In this document: piece after piece, positions 58,918 through 64,000 of the stretch
Layout of the letters: each line of letters opens with the position of its first letter
Numbering within the stretch: the first letter of the stretch is position 1
Virus record (IMG/VR): IMGVR_UViG_3300013132_004380
DNA: 64,000 bases
DNA from: an uncultured virus (IMG/VR IMGVR_UViG_3300013132_004380)
Lineage: Duplodnaviria; Heunggongvirae; Uroviricota; Caudoviricetes
Strand: one strand, 5' to 3'
The notes under the pieces: generated by a model
Seen by the model: the letters and a program-made list of their open reading frames with translations, nothing else
What the model was told of the DNA's origin: nothing
Databases searched by the model: none
Translations under genes and position numbers: made by a program

Positions 58918-59435
58918 AAAAGTTCATTCATTATTTTAATAGCGTAATCGAATGCAATGTCGGCTTCAGCGGCCATGCTATCGTCGCACTTGGCTCTTAT
59001 AAATGCTATCAAATTGTCTCTGTCATCAAATTGTAATGCCAAATTGTTGCCAGGAGTTAACTTTCTTATCATTTGCCCACCGTATAAATCTCCCATATGC
59101 CAAACATACATATGGGCAATAATTTTGACCGGTTTCTTTTCTAATGTTTGCAAATAATTATAGTAATCAAGTGTCGATGATTTAAAATTGTAAGGGCTGC
59201 CTTTGCTTAATTCTATAAAATCTTGATACAATAAAAAAGCTCTGTAAATGCAAGGTTGTTGATTGAATCCACAGTATGCCCCAGCAAGTCCTTCTAGCAG
59301 TTTGTAGAACAACCATTTTTGGTAAATGAAATCTGTCCACACTTCAGTCGGTAATTGTTTTTGTATCACTGCCTGCATGAACCTTGTTTGTTCTGCTTCG
59401 CGATGTTTGTTTAATGTTAGTTCTTTTAGGCTCAT
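58914..59435 (-). CDS. heme oxygenase
   Basis: LKELT..HREAE; AHMYVWHMGDLYGGQMI. Confidence 0.85.
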   Translation of the reverse strand: MSLKELTLNKHREAEQTRFMQAVIQKQLPTEVWTDFIYQKWLFYKLLEGLAGAYCGFNQQPCIYRAFLLYQDFIELSKGSPYNFKSSTLDYYNYLQTLEKKPVKIIAHMYVWHMGDLYGGQMIRKLTPGNNLALQFDDRDNLIAFIRAKCDDSMAAEADIAFDYAIKIMNELF

Positions 59436-59461
59436 ACTGTTACTTATCCAGAATTTCAGTC

Positions 59462-59491
59462 AAAAAAATACCCCGCTTGAGCAGGGGTATT
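59462..59491 (-). terminator. rho-independent terminator
   Basis: AATACCCCTGC-TCAA-GCGGGGTATTTTTTT. Confidence 0.85.
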
Positions 59492-59549
59492 GTAATTATC
59501 GAAACAGGACTTATTGACGTTGCCTGTTACGCACACGGCAGGGGTAATC

Positions 59550-60590
59550 TTATGCGGCCTTCATGCAAGTCGTTTCTGCCATACGCTGCCAACGAAGCGG
59601 AAAGCTCTTACGCAAGTCTGCAATCTTAAGTGCCATACGCAGACTCATTTCACGCAAACGACTAGCATTAGTATGCATGAACTCCAACAGTTCGTCTTGT
59701 TCAACTTGTCCAAAATCATAATCTTGAAACAGAACACCATCTTGCGCAATCTGCTTAATACGCAGGAACTTGTCACGCATACTGTCCAAAGTCAGATCCA
59801 AATAGTGGCAACGACTTTGCAGTGCATCCAAATGGTCACGAAGTTTCTGCGACTTCATTTGATCAAACTTAAGGTTGGTGATGAAGATTACACTGCCTTT
59901 GAAATCGAAACTATCGGGCACACCCTCACGACGCAGCATGTGGCTGTCTGACAGCCAACTAATCTTACGCTTCTTGCCGGAGTCCAGCGCGCCTTTAAGC
60001 AGGTTAAGACTAACGTCGTCGAGCAGAATGCTGTCGCAGTCATCAAACACCAGTACGCAATTGGGATCGCTGTACTTGTACAGAGTGCAATACAGACCCA
60101 ACGCTGTTGCACTGCCTTTGACAACTTCGGCCCGCAGTTTCTTGCCACTGATTTGATCAAACAAGCAGGCTTTCTCGACTTCTTGCTCAACACCGTGGCT
60201 CTTGCCTACTCCGGGGGGACCCGAAACAATCATAGCACGGATATCGCCAGTAGTGGCAGCTTTGGTCATTTCCGTAAGGATATCGAAACGCTCACGGATA
60301 CGGGTCATAACTTCTTCGTCAGTTTCCTGTTTTGCAGGAATAACTTCTTGGGTCACAGTGTCCTCATTGGAATCGATAACATCGTTACGGCCCACAAAAG
60401 TGTAAGCCCTGGGGCCAGCTACATTGATACGAATAGTCTCGGGCATGTTAGGGAAAGTGCCTCCATTACGCACAGTAACAAACGAACTCTTGCCAGTGCT
60501 CTTGAACTTTTCAACAAGTTCAAAGGTCATGCCAGCCACGCTTTTGTTGCGATAGGAGCCTTCAACAAAACGAACAATGGATTTAGCCAT
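59550..60590 (-). CDS. AAA+/P-loop ATPase, early gene
   Basis: GPPGVGKS, LVFDDCD, IFITN, ALQSR. Confidence 0.85.
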   Translation of the reverse strand: MAKSIVRFVEGSYRNKSVAGMTFELVEKFKSTGKSSFVTVRNGGTFPNMPETIRINVAGPRAYTFVGRNDVIDSNEDTVTQEVIPAKQETDEEVMTRIRERFDILTEMTKAATTGDIRAMIVSGPPGVGKSHGVEQEVEKACLFDQISGKKLRAEVVKGSATALGLYCTLYKYSDPNCVLVFDDCDSILLDDVSLNLLKGALDSGKKRKISWLSDSHMLRREGVPDSFDFKGSVIFITNLKFDQMKSQKLRDHLDALQSRCHYLDLTLDSMRDKFLRIKQIAQDGVLFQDYDFGQVEQDELLEFMHTNASRLREMSLRMALKIADLRKSFPLRWQRMAETTCMKAA

Positions 60591-60624
60591 TTCAGTCCTC
60601 AGTTGGATTAGTTACTATACCAAT

Positions 60625-60653
60625 ATTATACGAAATATTAGAATATTTGTCAA
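60625..60653 (-). promoter_or_regulatory. repeated early sigma70 promoter
   Basis: TTGACA-AATATTCTAATATTTCG-TATAAT. Confidence 0.9.
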
Positions 60654-60658
60654 CCAAA

Positions 60659-61327
60659 TTACAGGGATTTGACAAAGTTTACAGTGGTAACTTTAGCCCC
60701 ATTGTGATAGCGACTTTGTTCTGTACGCTTGATTTTGGCAGTGTAGACACCGTTTTGGGTGCAGTCTTGTTTACTGGTAAAGAAACTGATAAGATTGCCC
60801 CGATCATCTTTACCGTTAACAGACCAGCAGTTGAACTGGTCGCTCCAACGTGAAGTCATCACAGTAAGGGAGAATTTAATCTTTTCGCCGTTTTTGCCAA
60901 GGTATTCGCTGATTTGGCTCAGCCCAGCAATTTCTTCGTCCCGTTGCTGTCTTGCACGGATCTGTCCTGCCAGACTGGGAAGGAATGCCATCAACCCTGC
61001 GTCCTTCATCGTGCATTCTGCACCTTTAATCAAATTGGACATAGTGTTTTGGAAGTCGCTGACAGTTTGATTTTTAAGAATACGCATAACCAGATCCTGG
61101 GTCAGCAACTCAATTGCTTGGGCAGCATCTGCACGATCCTGATCTGTTATTGTAAGATTACAGTCAAGCATAAGAACTTTATTGGGAGTAACTGCGATTA
61201 CAGCATCTTTTTCTTTGTCAAAGAATGACGTGTCTTTGTGAACTTGATCATTGTTTTTGCGGAAAGCAGCAAAAGCAAGAGCAGCAAGATCTTGGGTAGC
61301 AATCTTCACAGGGGTGTAGCGGGCCAT
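60659..61327 (-). CDS. hypothetical early protein (C-terminal OB-like)
   Basis: AAGGA SD; SEYLG..GEKI..TTVNFVK. Confidence 0.7.
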   Translation of the reverse strand: MARYTPVKIATQDLAALAFAAFRKNNDQVHKDTSFFDKEKDAVIAVTPNKVLMLDCNLTITDQDRADAAQAIELLTQDLVMRILKNQTVSDFQNTMSNLIKGAECTMKDAGLMAFLPSLAGQIRARQQRDEEIAGLSQISEYLGKNGEKIKFSLTVMTSRWSDQFNCWSVNGKDDRGNLISFFTSKQDCTQNGVYTAKIKRTEQSRYHNGAKVTTVNFVKSL

Positions 61328-61361
61328 GTCGTTCCTTGATTGGATTAGTTACTATACCAAT

Positions 61362-61390
61362 ATTATAAGAAATATTGGATTATTTGTCAA
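61362..61390 (-). promoter_or_regulatory. repeated early sigma70 promoter
   Basis: TTGACA-AATAATCCAATATTTCT-TATAAT; leader shared with the 60625 copy. Confidence 0.88.
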
Positions 61391-61634
61391 CCAAATCAAC
61401 TTGAAATTCGATGCGTTCTTGTTGCATGTTTTCGTTGTAGAACGTGGTGCTGGAAGCAAAACCACGGATCCTTTCACGACTAATACGCTCAAGGGCTTGC
61501 CAAACTGCGACCCGTTGGGCTGTGAAACACATTTCTGTCATGCCCTGCACAGTTGTCGTAAAGCCAACCCCATTGACAATAATACGAATCTTTTGGCTGT
61601 TATTCAAACCTTCGATGATACGCTTTTGACGCAT
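61380..61634 (-). CDS. hypothetical early protein
   Basis: 84 aa between promoter repeats. Confidence 0.65.
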   Translation of the reverse strand: MRQKRIIEGLNNSQKIRIIVNGVGFTTTVQGMTEMCFTAQRVAVWQALERISRERIRGFASSTTFYNENMQQERIEFQVDLVDK

Positions 61635-61664
61635 GTTTTACACCGTGTTGTTTACTATACCAAT

Positions 61665-61693
61665 ATTGTATCGAAATATTGAATATTTGTCAA
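61665..61693 (-). promoter_or_regulatory. repeated early sigma70 promoter
   Basis: TTGACA-AATATTCAATATTTCGA-TACAAT. Confidence 0.85.
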
Positions 61694-61884
61694 CCAAATT
61701 TTAAAAGATAGGCAGTGTATTCAGCAGGGGTGTTGGGCTTACTGTAACTATCGTGGCTTACTAAATCAAAGCAATCACCACAAAAATATCCTGTTACACC
61801 AAAATAATTTTGCAAGTTCCAAAATTGTTTTTCTTTTGTAGTGTTTTCCATCCCGCAGACTTTACAATTTCTATTAGAAGTCAT
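61690..61884 (-). CDS. small CxxC...CxxC zinc-ribbon protein
   Basis: CKVC...CGDC. Confidence 0.6.
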   Translation of the reverse strand: MTSNRNCKVCGMENTTKEKQFWNLQNYFGVTGYFCGDCFDLVSHDSYSKPNTPAEYTAYLLKFG

Positions 61885-62332
61885 CTTTTACTTCCAGTCG
61901 CTGTTTAATTTCCATATAGAACTGCTGGTAACGAACCATGCGCTCTATGTCTTTTTCTTTAATGCCTTTAAGACGACGAATGTCGGTATTGTGACGCAGA
62001 TCCGCCATCTTTACTTGCATAGCATCTGGGTTGGCAAAAACAGATTCTTTGTATTCTCCGTAGGTCTGTCCAGGCTGTTTAGTTAGTGCTCGGATACCGG
62101 CAATAACACGCTCCGAAATGCCTGCGTCACGAAGTTCTTGATAAGTGACAGGGGTATCTTCAATTACATCATGCCCTAAAGCAATGCACATAAGTTCCTC
62201 ATCGTCGGACTTGAGGTAATGCATTACCTTGAGCGGATGTAAAATGTAAGGATTGCCACCTTTGTCAAACTGTCCAGCATGGGCATTAGTGGCAATAACT
62301 AACATCTTTCCTAACATAGTGCCTTTGGACAT
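61874..62332 (-). CDS. HD-domain RelA/SpoT-type (p)ppGpp hydrolase-like protein
   Basis: HAGQFDKGGNPYILHP, LGHDVIEDT, VKMADLRHN; start MSKG after AAGGA. Confidence 0.8.
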   Translation of the reverse strand: MSKGTMLGKMLVIATNAHAGQFDKGGNPYILHPLKVMHYLKSDDEELMCIALGHDVIEDTPVTYQELRDAGISERVIAGIRALTKQPGQTYGEYKESVFANPDAMQVKMADLRHNTDIRRLKGIKEKDIERMVRYQQFYMEIKQRLEVKDDF

Positions 62333-62363
62333 TTTGTTTTCCTTATTGGAATTTCGTATTATT

Positions 62364-62392
62364 ACTATACAAAATATTCCAATATTTGTCAA
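62364..62392 (-). promoter_or_regulatory. repeated early sigma70 promoter
   Basis: TTGACA-AATATTGGAATATTTTG-TATAGT. Confidence 0.8.
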
Positions 62393-62550
62393 TCTTCGGA
62401 TTCTTTACTATTAGGACCTTCAATATACTGTTTAACTGCCCGCATCAAACGACGTGAAGTATCGTAAACAAACTCTTGGTCATCTTCTTCACTGTGAACT
62501 ACAAGAATGAAGCCATTTGCGGCTCGACGAATTTCAATCGATTCAAACAT
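62389..62550 (-). CDS. 53 aa hypothetical protein (below ORF-track cutoff)
   Basis: GAGG SD; MFESIEIRRAANGFILVV... Confidence 0.6.
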   Translation of the reverse strand: MFESIEIRRAANGFILVVHSEEDDQEFVYDTSRRLMRAVKQYIEGPNSKESED

Positions 62551-62592
62551 GTTATTACCTCTCTTTTTAAGAGTATAACAGATTAATTTTTA

Positions 62593-62979
62593 TTATGCAA
62601 TCTTTTTAAACACCGAATGCAGAACGTGACTAGCAGAATCGAAATGTTTTTCCATTATAGTTAAGTTAGCTAATCCGTATGCTATTTGGCCCATATCTCT
62701 GTAATAAGTTTTGCTAGGCCATTTGTTTCGTCGAAATGGAAAACTGTTAATTAATAAACACTCATCTGCTATAGGTTGATAATCTTTGCCCGTTTGCATT
62801 GCTGTCAACATCTGGACTGCAACAGGCGTTTCCCCTATACCCGTTCGTTCAAAATTAGTTGCAAATAAGTGAACAATGTAAGCTTCTACTTCATTGTCGA
62901 GATAGGTAGACGTTTGACCTTCAATCTCTAAAATAAGGTCATACGCTACACGACGATATTCAAGCCAATGGGGACTCAT
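62593..62979 (-). CDS. hypothetical protein
   Basis: VEAYIVHLFA..ADECL..YYRDMGQIAY. Confidence 0.7.
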   Translation of the reverse strand: MSPHWLEYRRVAYDLILEIEGQTSTYLDNEVEAYIVHLFATNFERTGIGETPVAVQMLTAMQTGKDYQPIADECLLINSFPFRRNKWPSKTYYRDMGQIAYGLANLTIMEKHFDSASHVLHSVFKKIA

Positions 62980-62987
62980 ACATATAT

Positions 62988-63470
62988 TTAAACATTTCTT
63001 CTAATATTTAAATAACTAGGCTGCTTATTATACAAAAACTCTTCCCAAATGTCTGTAAGTTCCTGATCTGTTTCAGGTTTATAGATTCTGATGTTAGGAA
63101 ATACCGACAAAGCACAGACATCATCTTCTGCCCAATGGCTGAATCCCAAATGGCCATAATCTCTGTCTCTGCCTGCTCCTACCAATTTGACCGGAGCCAG
63201 TTCTTCATTCAAATAATTTCTAAGCCATTCGTAAGGTCTAAAAATAACAAATGGTGTAATACTGTAGCAAATAGGAATTCTATCATTATGACTGAGGCCC
63301 ACTGCTGCTCCTACCATAAGTTGTTCGCTTGCTCCCATGTTCAAACTACGGTTAGGAAAAGTTTTTCTAACCTGATCCAAGACACCAAATCCCAAATCCC
63401 CGGTCAGAGTCCAAATACGTGGATCCGTGCACATTGAATCAAACAATAATTCGCTAAACAATTTTCTCAT
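62988..63470 (-). CDS. transketolase pyrimidine-binding subunit (split transketolase)
   Basis: LTGDLG, NMGASEQLMVGAAVGL, RPYE, GFSH, PSYLNI. Confidence 0.85.
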   Translation of the reverse strand: MRKLFSELLFDSMCTDPRIWTLTGDLGFGVLDQVRKTFPNRSLNMGASEQLMVGAAVGLSHNDRIPICYSITPFVIFRPYEWLRNYLNEELAPVKLVGAGRDRDYGHLGFSHWAEDDVCALSVFPNIRIYKPETDQELTDIWEEFLYNKQPSYLNIRRNV

Positions 63471-64000
63471 AGTTTTTCCAAATCGTCAGGCTTCAAAACA
63501 TAGTAATGAGTTAACACTCCCTCAGCAAACTTCCATTTCGGAGGTTCGGTATTTCTTATATTAATTGACGGCAAAAATGCAGTCAATCTTTTATTCATAT
63601 AATCTCTGTCGATCATGTCATATGCAATCATACCATTTACATTTGCATAAACTTTAAGATTAGTTAATTTGGCCTCATGAATGAATCTTAAACTTTCCCA
63701 AATACTGCCTTCATTGGCTTCTCCATCACTAATAAGACAGTAAACGTCCCGTGAAGTGTCTGCTAATGCATAACCAACTGCAACCGTTAGACCCTGTCCT
63801 AAACTTCCTGTAGAACAATAGATTCCATCACCGACTGACCTATGAGGATGTACTCCATGTTTATGAAACAGTTTTTCTGCATTCTTAAGTTGATACTTTT
63901 CAAGTATTACATAAAGAGCAAGTGCAGCATGACCTGAACTTAAAATAAAAATATCATCAGGACGTTTAGTTTTATAAATTTCTTCAATTATGTTTACTGC
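63467..64000 (-). CDS. transketolase N-terminal TPP-binding subunit, truncated by window edge
   Basis: Manual translation: ILSSGHAA, HGVHP, STGSLGQG, LISDGEANEGSIWE; stop overlaps the next ATG. Confidence 0.85.
   Translation of the reverse strand, partial: AVNIIEEIYKTKRPDDIFILSSGHAALALYVILEKYQLKNAEKLFHKHGVHPHRSVGDGIYCSTGSLGQGLTVAVGYALADTSRDVYCLISDGEANEGSIWESLRFIHEAKLTNLKVYANVNGMIAYDMIDRDYMNKRLTAFLPSINIRNTEPPKWKFAEGVLTHYYVLKPDDLEKL

Noticed and set aside
59514..62086. Plus-strand ORFs opposite early genes
   Set aside because: Shadow ORFs of higher-GC genes; no SD or recognisable motifs

Overview
AT-rich, densely coding 64 kb segment of a large T4-like/jumbo myophage, with almost all genes on the minus strand. 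bS21, IscU/IscA, a phasin-like gene and a PhaR-like box suggest a (beta)proteobacterial host (inference). Replication and nucleotide genes: nrdA, nrdB, glutaredoxin, gp41/DnaB-like helicase, primase, UvsW-like helicase, a miniature DnaE-like protein, exonucleases and UvsE. Virion genes: PAAR, collagen and LamG fibres, cell-wall hydrolase. Auxiliary genes: bS21, Hsp20, ClpS, IscU/IscA, heme oxygenase, desaturase, HD-type ppGpp hydrolase, split transketolase and sugar-modifying enzymes. Three clusters of small early genes each carry a repeated consensus sigma70 promoter. The clearest discovery is a UDP-glucose/GDP-mannose dehydrogenase fractured at its catalytic Cys by a naturally split intein (IntN 6380-6688, IntC 5413-5532), with a free-standing PD-(D/E)xK endonuclease between the halves, at the head of an amidinotransferase/2OG-oxygenase operon. 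Other highlights: a CsgF-CsgG-curlin-FecR-curlin-CHASE2 adenylate cyclase module with a stand-alone copy of the cyclase C-terminus; an HNH insertion that duplicated and recoded its target gene start; a PhaR-like operator on the phasin-like gene; a ROSE-like thermometer on hsp20; 12 apparently leaderless genes; and an NrdB with Gln at the normally essential Glu350. No tRNA, rRNA or CRISPR array was seen. All calls come from motif reading by eye; no searches were run.
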